Source: Ferroglobus placidus DSM 10642 (GTDB taxonomy: Archaea; Halobacteriota; Archaeoglobi; Archaeoglobales; Archaeoglobaceae). From it: a stretch of 32,000 bases of DNA. The DNA lies in contig NC_013849.1 of NCBI RefSeq assembly GCF_000025505.1, forward strand, positions 750,001-782,000. The letters are read 5' to 3'. The notes beneath the pieces were generated by a model, which did not search any database, had not been told where the DNA came from, and saw only the letters and a list, made by a program, of their open reading frames with translations. This document shows, piece by piece, positions 24,370 to 32,000 of this stretch (position 1 is its first letter; each line of letters starts with the position of its first letter). Made by a program: the position numbers and the translations under genes.

Positions 24370-25167
24370 ATGAGCGAGAAGTTCATGGTTAAGCGAGACG
24401 GCTTTCCCTCTAAAGGTGAAATAGTTATCGGAACAGTAACGAGAGTTCTCGATTTTGGTGCTTTCGTTTCACTGGATGAGTACGAAAACAAAGAGGGAAT
24501 GGTTCACATAAGCGAAGTTGCTTCCGGATGGGTTAAAGACATACGAGATTACGTTAAGAAAGGTCAGAAAGTTGTTTGCAAGGTTTTGAACGTAGACAGG
24601 AAAAGGGGACACATAGACCTGAGCATAAAAGACGTGACGGAGAGGCAGAGAAAAGAGAAGCTTCAGCAGTGGAAAAGCGAGATGAGGGCTTTCAAGTGGT
24701 TGGAGATTGCCGGTGAATCTGTAGGAATGAGCAAAGAGGAGCTTGTAAAGATCGGGAAGAAGCTTATAAAAACTTACGACTCGATATACAACGCTTTCGA
24801 AGAAGCCGCATACGAAGGCTACGAAGTTTTAGTACCTATTACCGGAGAAGAGCTTGCGAAAGCGATAGCTGAAATAGCGAGAGAGAACATAAAACCGCCG
24901 AAGGTTAAGGTTAGAGGCTACTTCGAACTTACTTGCTTTAAGCCAGATGGCATAGAGAGAATAAAGAAGGCGCTAATGGCTGGTATGAACGTGAAAGATG
25001 GAGCTGAGGTGAAAATCGAATACGTTGGAGCGCCGAGATACAGGGTTATCGTAGAAAGCGAAGATTACAAAACTGCCGAAAGCGTGTTGAAGAAAGTCGT
25101 CGACAAAGTTGTAAAAACTATGAAATCCCTTGGCGGAGAGGCTAAGTTCGTGAGAGAGGCTGTATGA
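24370..25167 (+). CDS. eif2a: Translation initiation factor aIF2 alpha subunit
   Basis: 265 aa. N-terminal S1 domain 'GEIVIGTVTRVLDFGAFVSLDEYENKEGMVHISEVASGWVKDIRDYVK.GQKVV.KVL.VD..RGHIDLS'. Confidence 0.92.
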   Translation: MSEKFMVKRDGFPSKGEIVIGTVTRVLDFGAFVSLDEYENKEGMVHISEVASGWVKDIRDYVKKGQKVVCKVLNVDRKRGHIDLSIKDVTERQRKEKLQQWKSEMRAFKWLEIAGESVGMSKEELVKIGKKLIKTYDSIYNAFEEAAYEGYEVLVPITGEELAKAIAEIARENIKPPKVKVRGYFELTCFKPDGIERIKKALMAGMNVKDGAEVKIEYVGAPRYRVIVESEDYKTAESVLKKVVDKVVKTMKSLGGEAKFVREAV

Positions 25168-25352
25168 AGTCGCTAATAAGGAAATGCTGCGAGTGCGGAA
25201 GGTACACTTTAAAAGAAGTCTGTCCGAGCTGTGGCGGAAGAACGATCATGGCAATTCCGCCACGATTCTCTCCAGAAGATCCGTACGGAAAGTATAGGAG
25301 AGAGCTTAGAAAGAAAATTGGATTCTTCATAAGGAGGTGCGAACATGATTGA
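25164..25352 (+). CDS. nop10: H/ACA RNP protein Nop10
   Basis: 62 aa. 'CxxCGRYTLKEVCPSCGG.T....PPRFSPEDPYGKYRR' is typical. ATGA overlap with the aIF2-alpha gene. Confidence 0.9.
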   Translation: MKSLIRKCCECGRYTLKEVCPSCGGRTIMAIPPRFSPEDPYGKYRRELRKKIGFFIRRCEHD

Positions 25353-26115
25353 GAGAGTCGACATCAGGATTTTGAAGAAGCCAGAGGAAGTTCAGCTCAA
25401 AGATCCAGTACTCGTAGAAGGTTTGCCGGGGATAGGGCACGTGGGAAAGCTTGTCGCAGACCACCTCGTTAAGGTGCTCGACGTCGTGAAGGTTGCCGAG
25501 ATATACTCTCACCACTTCCCCCCGCAAGTTATGGTGAACGAGGACGGAACGATAAGATTGCCGAAGAACGAAGTTTACGCGTATAAAGGTGAAAGAGACT
25601 TGCTCATCCTCGTTGGAGATTTCCAGAGCATAAGCAACGAAGGTCATTACGAGCTCGTGAACGCTTACATGAAAATCGCTAAGATGTTCGGGGTAAAGAG
25701 AATACTAACCCTCGGAGGTTACGGAGTCGGAAGACTTGTGGAAGAGCCGTACGTAATCGGCGCGGCGAACAAAAAAGAGCTGGTAGAAGAGCTAAAAAGC
25801 TACGGAGTAAAAATAGAGGAAGGTGAGCCGGCTGGAGGAATAATCGGAGCTTCGGGACTTTTACTCGGAGCTGCAATGCTCGAAGGAATTGAAGCGGCTT
25901 GCTTAATGGGCGTCACTTCTGGATACATGGTAGATCCGAAAAGCGCCAAGGCTGTGCTGGAAGTTCTGATGAAAATGTTGAACATAAAAGTCAGCACAGA
26001 AGACCTTGAAGAGAGAGCGAAAGAGATGGAAAAGCTCATAGCTCAGATAAAAGAGATGCAGGAGGCGGCGGTTCAGCAATACAGAGGAGACGAAGATCTG
26101 AGGTATTTCAGATGA
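25345..26115 (+). CDS. PAC2-family proteasome assembly chaperone-like protein
   Basis: 256 aa. 'PVLVEGLPGIGHVGKLVADHL' is the typical archaeal PAC2/COG1938 N-terminus. AGGAGGTG lies 5 nt upstream of the ATG. This is the conserved aIF2a-Nop10-PAC2 neighbourhood. Confidence 0.8.
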   Translation: MIERVDIRILKKPEEVQLKDPVLVEGLPGIGHVGKLVADHLVKVLDVVKVAEIYSHHFPPQVMVNEDGTIRLPKNEVYAYKGERDLLILVGDFQSISNEGHYELVNAYMKIAKMFGVKRILTLGGYGVGRLVEEPYVIGAANKKELVEELKSYGVKIEEGEPAGGIIGASGLLLGAAMLEGIEAACLMGVTSGYMVDPKSAKAVLEVLMKMLNIKVSTEDLEERAKEMEKLIAQIKEMQEAAVQQYRGDEDLRYFR

Positions 26116-26116
26116 T

Positions 26117-26281
26117 ATGAAGTGCGGAGATTGCGAATACTTCCTTCCCGATTACAAAAACGCGGGAATGTGCGTGATATCTTCGGATAAAATATGTGCA
26201 AGCAGAGGGTGCACTGGACTGCCTTTCAGGAGAGTTTTCGCTCACGACGAGGCTTGCGAAAAGTTCAGAAAGAAGTCATAA
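26117..26281 (+). CDS. Candidate 54-aa Cys-rich miniprotein (MKCGDCEYFLPDYKNAGMCVISSDKICASRGCTGLPFRRVFAHDEACEKFRKKS)
   Basis: Not in the ORF track (<60 aa). The ATG lies 1 nt after the PAC2-like stop. Six Cys including an N-terminal CxxC. The 3' end overlaps the convergent gene by 6 nt. Confidence 0.4.
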   Translation: MKCGDCEYFLPDYKNAGMCVISSDKICASRGCTGLPFRRVFAHDEACEKFRKKS

Positions 26282-27040
26282 GCGTAGCAGTTTTTCAACA
26301 ACTTCTTTCTGCTCTTTCAAAACCCTAACCTTTTCTTCGAAGCTCAGCTCTCCTATTCCCAGATCGTCGAGTTCTATCGTAACGAGTCCTTCATAACCTG
26401 CATCTCCCACTTTTCTCAGCATCTCCATTACTTCTTCGCTCCTGCTAACTTCAACGTGCCTTCCCCTTTCATCGTATCCGCTTACGTGCAAATTCTCAAC
26501 TCTGTCGAGGATTTTCAGAAAGCTTTCGAAGTTTCCGTTCTTGGCAGCGTGGTTTAAATCCAGTGTAACTCCGAAACCAAATTTTTTCGAATAATATTCT
26601 ATCTCCTCAGCAGTTCTGCACAACCTGTTTATCCCCTTTTCGGAGTTTTCGAGAAGAACTTTGACGTTTTTTATCTCCGCGTAATTTTTCACTATTCTGA
26701 AGTACTTTTCCAAAGCAGCGTAATCCTCTTCAACAGGCTCCCTCTCAGCGCTCCTCTTTCCGCCGTGAATCGTAACGGGAGAAGAAAGCAGAGACGCTAT
26801 CTTAACGGAATACAGAGTCTCCTGAATCGAAAGCTCCGCCACCCTCTCGTTGGAAGAAACCGGATTTAAATCAATCACAGCTGAATGAACAGCTTTAACG
26901 AACCTCTCTATTTCTCCAAGCATCTTTTCATCCTTTTTCCACCAGAAATAAGGAGTTTCAACCCAGAACTCCACTCCATCGTATTCAGCAAGTTCCACAG
27001 CTTCAGCAATTCTGCCGAGAGGATACTCGAAGAGGAACAT
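26276..27040 (-). CDS. Xylose-isomerase-like TIM-barrel protein (sugar-phosphate isomerase/epimerase, AP-endonuclease-2 fold)
   Basis: 254 aa. 'DGVEFWVE', 'VTIHGG', 'VLLENS', 'VTLDLNHA', 'LHVSGYDERGRHV' follow the beta-strand-end metal-ligand pattern of this fold. Confidence 0.7.
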   Translation of the reverse strand: MFLFEYPLGRIAEAVELAEYDGVEFWVETPYFWWKKDEKMLGEIERFVKAVHSAVIDLNPVSSNERVAELSIQETLYSVKIASLLSSPVTIHGGKRSAEREPVEEDYAALEKYFRIVKNYAEIKNVKVLLENSEKGINRLCRTAEEIEYYSKKFGFGVTLDLNHAAKNGNFESFLKILDRVENLHVSGYDERGRHVEVSRSEEVMEMLRKVGDAGYEGLVTIELDDLGIGELSFEEKVRVLKEQKEVVEKLLRL

Positions 27041-27054
27041 TGTAGAGAAGATTA

Positions 27055-28047
27055 TCAGACTTTCACCCCCTGCATTTTAAAGTAAAGGTTTCTTCGGGAG
27101 AGAAGCTTTTCGTAGTAGTTATTGCCGGTAGCAAAAACGCTCAAAAGGGGAGATTCTTTATCGTAAACTTCCCCTCTAACCGGGATGTCTCCGAAGAAAG
27201 GGTTTCCAGTTGGGGATACCTTTATTTTCACTCTCCGAGGAGCGAAAACAACCGCTCTCGCAGCGGTTCTCTTCGGCTTAACTTTTTCGAGCTTTTTACC
27301 TTCCACGGCTCTAACGTGAAGTTCGAAGAGGTTGACGTCAGAAGACAGCTCTATCGAATCGAGAGAACCCTGAAACCTCGGATTTACTTCTAAAACGTAC
27401 ACGTCATCTCCAAGTATAAAATCCACCCCGTAGTTTCCTATTAACTCAAAGTGCTCTCCAAGATCTTCTGCTATTTTGACCATCTCCTCAACTCTTTCGT
27501 GAACGAAAGGCGTGACGTTTCCGCAGTATTTGAATTTCGAAGCGAAAAAGTTCCTGTCTCCTACGAGCATTAGGTTAACCCCAGCCACTACGAATTCTTT
27601 CTCGGATCTCACAGCTGAAACCGAGCACGGAATACCTTCGACGAACTCCTGATGAACGTAGCCATCTTCATTTATCTCCCCGAACTTTATCCCCTCTCCG
27701 CCACCGCCAATTCTCGGCTTCAGAATTCCTCTTTCCCCATCGGAAAGAAGTTTTGGAAAATTTATTCCGATTTTTTCGAGTTCTCTGTAAAATTTCAGCT
27801 TGTCCACGAGTTCCTCTCTTACTTTACTTCCAAAGTTTTCCACGTCGAGAAGCTCGAAACCGGATGAAAGAATTACCTCAGCATTTAACGATTCGGAAAG
27901 CTCCTTAACCCTTTTTTCGTTCTCTTTATGATTTTCCACAGCTCTGAAAACTTTTTCAGCGTATAGGATTAGATCCGCATCTATATGTTTCGTGTAAGCG
28001 TACACTTCATACCCAGCCTTTCTCGCCGATTCGACAACATTTCTCAC
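27055..28047 (-). CDS. ATP-grasp ligase (predicted carboligase; specific substrate unknown)
   Basis: 330 aa. 'GILKPRIGGGGEGIKF', 'VHQEFVEGIPCSVS', 'YVLEVNPRFQGS'. Confidence 0.75.
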   Translation of the reverse strand: MRNVVESARKAGYEVYAYTKHIDADLILYAEKVFRAVENHKENEKRVKELSESLNAEVILSSGFELLDVENFGSKVREELVDKLKFYRELEKIGINFPKLLSDGERGILKPRIGGGGEGIKFGEINEDGYVHQEFVEGIPCSVSAVRSEKEFVVAGVNLMLVGDRNFFASKFKYCGNVTPFVHERVEEMVKIAEDLGEHFELIGNYGVDFILGDDVYVLEVNPRFQGSLDSIELSSDVNLFELHVRAVEGKKLEKVKPKRTAARAVVFAPRRVKIKVSPTGNPFFGDIPVRGEVYDKESPLLSVFATGNNYYEKLLSRRNLYFKMQGVKV

Positions 28048-28058
28048 GTTACTCCCAG

Positions 28059-28805
28059 CTACGAGGAACCTCTTATTTTCCTCGATATGACATCTTCCTC
28101 CTCGCTTCTGTAAACTTCTTTAACACTTCCCTCCCCTAAAACGTCCAATCCTCTGAACACAACAGCCGGAGTTGCTGAATCCCCTTCGCCCATTAGAAGG
28201 TTGGCGAAAGCAGCGATTTCGTCAACGACGCATTCTACAGTAACTTCGAGAACTTTCCCGTAAAGGTCTCTTTTTCCCCTCCAGTCCCTCAAAACTTCCA
28301 CTCCCGCAGAGCCTACAGCAAATCCCACGACGCCTTTCCTGAAGCACCTTCCGTTGGTGTCTGTGACGATCACGCCTACGTTCTTTCCGGTTAGCTCCGC
28401 TATCCTCTTCCTTATTTTTTCCGCACTCTCGTCCGGATTAACCGGAGGGAGTAAGAGTAGTCCTTTTTCAACGTTGCTCTGATCGATCCCAGCGTTAACG
28501 CAAACGTTCCCGAACTTAGCTTTAACGAGGAGAAATGGGTAATCGATCAAAACTTCTTCGCTCTCTTCAAGAACAGCCTGAACGAACCTCGGATCTTTAC
28601 CGATTTTCTTCGCTATCTCAATCGCTTTTTCGCTCGGTTTGTAATCTTCGAGCCTTCTAACTCTCCCTTCAGCCTTCGAAACTATCGTAGAGCAGATAGC
28701 CAAAACGTCTCCGTCTTTAAATTCGAAGAGATTCGAGACGATCTCCCCTATGTCGTCCCCTTCTTTTATCTCGGGAATTCCTTTTATTACGTGAACTTCG
28801 ATCAT
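28059..28805 (-). CDS. cofE: Coenzyme F420:L-glutamate ligase
   Basis: 248 aa. 'DGDVLAICSTIVSKAEGRV', 'VNAGIDQSNV', 'VGVIVTDTNGRCFRKGVVGFAVG'. Confidence 0.9.
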   Translation of the reverse strand: MIEVHVIKGIPEIKEGDDIGEIVSNLFEFKDGDVLAICSTIVSKAEGRVRRLEDYKPSEKAIEIAKKIGKDPRFVQAVLEESEEVLIDYPFLLVKAKFGNVCVNAGIDQSNVEKGLLLLPPVNPDESAEKIRKRIAELTGKNVGVIVTDTNGRCFRKGVVGFAVGSAGVEVLRDWRGKRDLYGKVLEVTVECVVDEIAAFANLLMGEGDSATPAVVFRGLDVLGEGSVKEVYRSEEEDVISRKIRGSS

Positions 28806-31507
28806 CTCGACAGAACTTCAAAGAGGAGATTTACGACCTCGTCTTTTTCTGGCATTATCTGCCCTGCTCCCTGAGCGAGATCTCTTCTTCCGCCACCGCT
28901 TCCTTTTACGAGTTTTCCTATCTCCCTCATTAACTCTCTCGCATCTACTTTTTCGTGCCCGCTGAAGGTAACGAGCCTTACTCCCTCTTTTCCACTGAGC
29001 AAAACTCCGACGAAGCCCATTTCAGCCAGCTTCTGCCCGAGTTTGGCTAAGGTCTTTATGTCTTCGTCTATTCTCTCAACAACTATCTTTATCCCGTCGA
29101 ACTCCTCGTAATTTTCCGCTATTCTCTCAGCTTTCAGCTTCGCAATTTCTTCCTTCAGCTTTTCTATCTCCTTCTTTTGCTCTTTCCACTCCTCGAAGAA
29201 CCTTTCAACAGTTTTAGGAAGAATTGAAGGTTCAACTCTCAGAATTGAGCTCGCTTCTTTAAGCAGAGACTCTTGCTTCGCTACATGCTCTAAAGCAGCT
29301 TCTCCAGCTGCGTATTCGAACCTTATAACTCCGTCCTGAATTGACTCGACCTTCAGAATCTTGAACATTCCGATTTCGCCGGTGCTTTCAACATGAGTTC
29401 CTCCGCAAGCCTGAACGTCGTCTCCAGCTTGGACAACCCTTATAACCTTCCCCGGAGGAACTCCACCCTGATAAAGTCTGAAGCCAAACTTTTTCTCAGC
29501 TTCGTTTCTTTCCATGAACGTCCATCTCACAGGCTTGTTCGCCATTATTTCTCTGTTAACTTCCCTCTCGATCTCTCTTATCTCCTCGTCGCTCAGCCTC
29601 TTGTAGTGAGTTACGTCAAGCCTCGCTTTGTCCTTCTCCTTCCTCGCACCAGCCTGCCAGACGTGTTTTCCAAGCTTTTTCTGAAGAACGTTGAGCAGAA
29701 GGTGTGTGGCTGTGTGGTGCCTCATGTGTCTGAACCTCGTTTCTTCGTCTACCAACCCTTTCACTTTATCTCCAACTCTAAGCTCCCCGTCAACCTTGTG
29801 AACGACTACTCCGTCCTCCTCGAAAACGTCCACAACCCTAACCTTTTTGTCTTTCGCGATAAGATAACCAACATCGTTGTCCTGTCCACCGCTTTCCGGA
29901 TAGAAAGCAGTTTTATTTAAAATCACGAGGTCCCCTTCAACCCCTATAACTTCAGCTTCGAATTCGAGAAGCTTTGAGTTATAATAAAGCTTTTCAGTTT
30001 CTGGATAATCGTTCTTTAGTATCTTCGGCTTCTCTTTCTTTTCAGCTTTAGAGTGCCTCGAAGCGAGCTCGGCGTACAAATCCTCAACCTCCTCAACCTC
30101 AGCTCCTTCTTTTTCCGCTATGCTTATTACGATCTCGGGAGGAATTCCGTGGGAATCGTAGAATTCGATTAAGTCCTCTTTCGTTACCTTCTTCTTTCTC
30201 TTCACGGTTCTTTCAACCATCGATTTTCCTCTCTCTATCGTCCTTTTGTACTTCTCCGTCTCAAGCTCAAGAATCTCTTGGATAGTGTCAAGCTCTACTT
30301 CAAACTCGAAGGCTTTCAGAATCTTCCTGTGAAGCTCCACCAAATCGAAAAGCGTTAGCGTAAAGCCGATGTCGTCAGCTAACCTCAAACTCCTCCTGAT
30401 CATTAGTCTTGCCAAGTATCCAGCCCCAGCATTAGAGGGGACTAAACCGTCTCCGAGCATGAAGAGGATCGCTCTCGTGTGATCCGCTAAAGCGTAAGCT
30501 TTCTCCATCGGGGAAATTATCCTGTCAAGCACCTCAACGCTCATTCCGAACTTGTCGGCAATGCTCTTTCTAAGCTTCAAAAGCTCTTCTCCTCTCAAAG
30601 AGCTCATAACTCCAGCCAGTTTCGAGCTTTCAGCTAAAAGCCCCTTCATGTCTTCATCTTTTCTGCTGAATTCAATGCTGCTGTTTTCGACGATTTTATC
30701 AACGACCTCCGGAAATATCGCATCGTAAACTGTTGGAGTCCCCTGAGATGCCCACACAAAACGCTCAAGTCCGTAGCCGGTATCGACGATGTAGTTGTCC
30801 ATCCTTCTGTATCTCTCTCCTTTGATCTCTATGTCGCCATTCGGATCAAGTTCGAGGTTCATGAAAACTAAGGTGGCAAGCTCAAGTCCGCCGACAATCG
30901 CTTCTAAGCAAGGTCCAGCATTTCCTCCTCCAGCCCAAGGCTCTTCTTTGTACACTATTTCTTCCTTCCTTACTCCAAGCTCGTTTAACAGCTCTGTGCA
31001 GTAAGCTACAGTTTCGTTCTTCCAGTAAATCTCCTTTCCGGGATAGTTGAAAGCGTGATGCGCCATCATTTCGAACAACGTAAGGTGCCTTCCGGTTCTC
31101 CCAATGCTGTCGAGATCTTCCATTCTTATACACGGCTGGGATATGGTGAGGGGATTAGCCGGAGGAGGAACTAAACCGGAGGTTACGAAAGGTTGAAAGT
31201 CAGCTATACTTGCTATCGTCAAGTAGATGTCATCTCTCCACCTCGCGACAACCGGATAACGCTCAATTCTTTCGTGCCCCCTCTTTTCGAAGAACGATAA
31301 GTAATACTCCCTCATCTCGTCGATGTTCATTTTTTTCTTGAAAATTGGATTACCTATGAACGTGTAAGTTCCGCATGGAGGATCTCCGCAAATTTCTCTG
31401 CTTTCATCGGCAGTCCAGAAGTATTTGCCACACGAAGGGCACTTCTTTCTGACGAATCCGTTCTCCTTGAGGAACGTTATGTCTAAATACTCCTTCTCCA
31501 AGCTCAT
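28802..31507 (-). CDS. alaS: Alanyl-tRNA synthetase (archaeal type)
   Basis: 'CPSCGKYFWT' N-terminal zinc motif, 'RHLTLFEMMAHHAF', editing-domain 'HTATHLL' and 'CGGTHV'. Start taken at ATG 31507 (MSLEKEY...), with TTATATTTT 22 nt upstream. The ORF-track start is 31561. Confidence 0.95.
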   Translation of the reverse strand: MSLEKEYLDITFLKENGFVRKKCPSCGKYFWTADESREICGDPPCGTYTFIGNPIFKKKMNIDEMREYYLSFFEKRGHERIERYPVVARWRDDIYLTIASIADFQPFVTSGLVPPPANPLTISQPCIRMEDLDSIGRTGRHLTLFEMMAHHAFNYPGKEIYWKNETVAYCTELLNELGVRKEEIVYKEEPWAGGGNAGPCLEAIVGGLELATLVFMNLELDPNGDIEIKGERYRRMDNYIVDTGYGLERFVWASQGTPTVYDAIFPEVVDKIVENSSIEFSRKDEDMKGLLAESSKLAGVMSSLRGEELLKLRKSIADKFGMSVEVLDRIISPMEKAYALADHTRAILFMLGDGLVPSNAGAGYLARLMIRRSLRLADDIGFTLTLFDLVELHRKILKAFEFEVELDTIQEILELETEKYKRTIERGKSMVERTVKRKKKVTKEDLIEFYDSHGIPPEIVISIAEKEGAEVEEVEDLYAELASRHSKAEKKEKPKILKNDYPETEKLYYNSKLLEFEAEVIGVEGDLVILNKTAFYPESGGQDNDVGYLIAKDKKVRVVDVFEEDGVVVHKVDGELRVGDKVKGLVDEETRFRHMRHHTATHLLLNVLQKKLGKHVWQAGARKEKDKARLDVTHYKRLSDEEIREIEREVNREIMANKPVRWTFMERNEAEKKFGFRLYQGGVPPGKVIRVVQAGDDVQACGGTHVESTGEIGMFKILKVESIQDGVIRFEYAAGEAALEHVAKQESLLKEASSILRVEPSILPKTVERFFEEWKEQKKEIEKLKEEIAKLKAERIAENYEEFDGIKIVVERIDEDIKTLAKLGQKLAEMGFVGVLLSGKEGVRLVTFSGHEKVDARELMREIGKLVKGSGGGRRDLAQGAGQIMPEKDEVVNLLFEVLSR

Positions 31508-31528
31508 CGGATTTTCAAACTTCCGCAA

Positions 31529-31537
31529 AAAATATAA
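31529..31537 (-). promoter_or_regulatory. TATA box (TTATATTTT on the minus strand) for the alaS operon
   Basis: 22 nt upstream of ATG 31507. Confidence 0.45.
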
Positions 31538-31569
31538 CAGTTTCGTAACCGCTTTTTCCAAGCGAAAAC

Positions 31570-31577
31570 TTTAAATT
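31570..31577 (+). promoter_or_regulatory. TATA box (TTTAAATT) for the zinc-ribbon gene
   Basis: 24 nt upstream of ATG 31601, divergent from the alaS promoter. Confidence 0.45.
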
Positions 31578-31600
31578 GATGATTTCGTCGGGGACATAAG

Positions 31601-31852
31601 ATGAAAATAATTAGATGTCCTTCTTGCGGAGAGGAAATCGAATTAAAAGACCTCTACGAAGGGATGGAAGTAAACTGTAGCCTCTGCGGAATTACTTTGC
31701 TTTACGAAGAGGGGAAGTTCATACTTCTCGACACGAACGAAGAGTTCGATCCAGAAGATTTGCAAGAGGACTTCGAGGAAGAAGAGGAGTTTGAAGAGGA
31801 AGAGTTCGAAGAAGAAGAGGAAGAGTACGATTACGACTACGACGAATACTGA
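31601..31852 (+). CDS. LysW-like zinc-ribbon protein with a hyperacidic C-terminal tail
   Basis: 83 aa. 'CPSCGEEIEL...EGMEVNCSLCGITLLYEEGKFILLD' has the two CxxC knuckles and spacing of LysW/ArgW carrier proteins. Its ~39-aa tail is 'EEFDPEDLQEDFEEEEEFEEEEFEEEEEEYDYDYDEY'. Confidence 0.6.
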   Translation: MKIIRCPSCGEEIELKDLYEGMEVNCSLCGITLLYEEGKFILLDTNEEFDPEDLQEDFEEEEEFEEEEFEEEEEEYDYDYDEY

Positions 31853-31886
31853 AAAATTTTTAAAAAATTTTTACTTTTTCAACTTT

Positions 31887-32000
31887 ATGAAACTTCTTGC
31901 TCTGGTCGGAAGCAAAAGGCACGGAAACAGCATTTTTTCCTCCAAGTACATCGCTAAAAAAATCGGAGCAGAGCTGGAGATAGTCAATTTGGCAAATTCG
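31887..32000 (+). CDS. Flavodoxin-like / NAD(P)H-dependent FMN reductase-like protein, N-terminal fragment (continues past the window)
   Basis: 'MKLLALVGSKRHGNSIFSSKYIAKKIGAELEIVNLANS' has the 'GSxRxxGNS' phosphate-binding loop typical of this family. Confidence 0.5.
   Translation, partial: MKLLALVGSKRHGNSIFSSKYIAKKIGAELEIVNLANS

Noticed and set aside
22559-31507. Inteins, programmed frameshifts or split genes in the large housekeeping ORFs (thermosome, AlaRS, Elp3, McrB-like)
   Set aside because: The housekeeping protein lengths and motif order are contiguous and normal for their families. The only large insertion seen (McrB-like aa 645-765) lacks intein splice motifs and looks like an EVE domain instead.

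Overview
Archaeal chromosome segment, euryarchaeal and Archaeoglobus-like judging only by gene content: thermosome, aIF2-alpha, Nop10, GatD, CofE, PdaD, deoxyhypusine synthase, archaeal Elp3 and Sua5. It holds about 40 tightly packed genes, many joined by ATGA-type start/stop overlaps. Most promoters look leaderless, with a TATA box 22-24 nt upstream of the ATG. Two housekeeping blocks (249-6998 and 15162-31852) flank an AT-richer accessory segment (about 6999-15161) that begins directly 3' of a tRNA-Asp(GUC) gene and is split by three unusually long spacers (about 385-435 bp each). The strongest candidate for an undescribed system is a translationally coupled three-gene module at 7436-12337: a small wHTH-like protein, a 1071-aa McrB-family GTPase and a McrC-type PD-(D/E)xK nuclease. 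The McrB homologue has an N-terminal tandem duplication of a ~210-aa uncharacterised module, a PUA/EVE-like module, and a second EVE-like domain that appears inserted inside the AAA+ core between Walker A and the FHxSYSYEEF segment. Other candidates: a wHTH/MFS-like/MinD-ParA operon (12724-14772); a four-gene operon with one intact and two apparently P-loop-less KaiC/RecA-like paralogues plus an unknown lead gene (17230-19815); a minimal BlaI/BlaR1-like pair; an alaS-cofE-ATP-grasp-TIM-barrel operon; and a LysW-like zinc ribbon with a hyperacidic Tyr-terminated tail. All family assignments come from motif recognition by eye. No searches were run.
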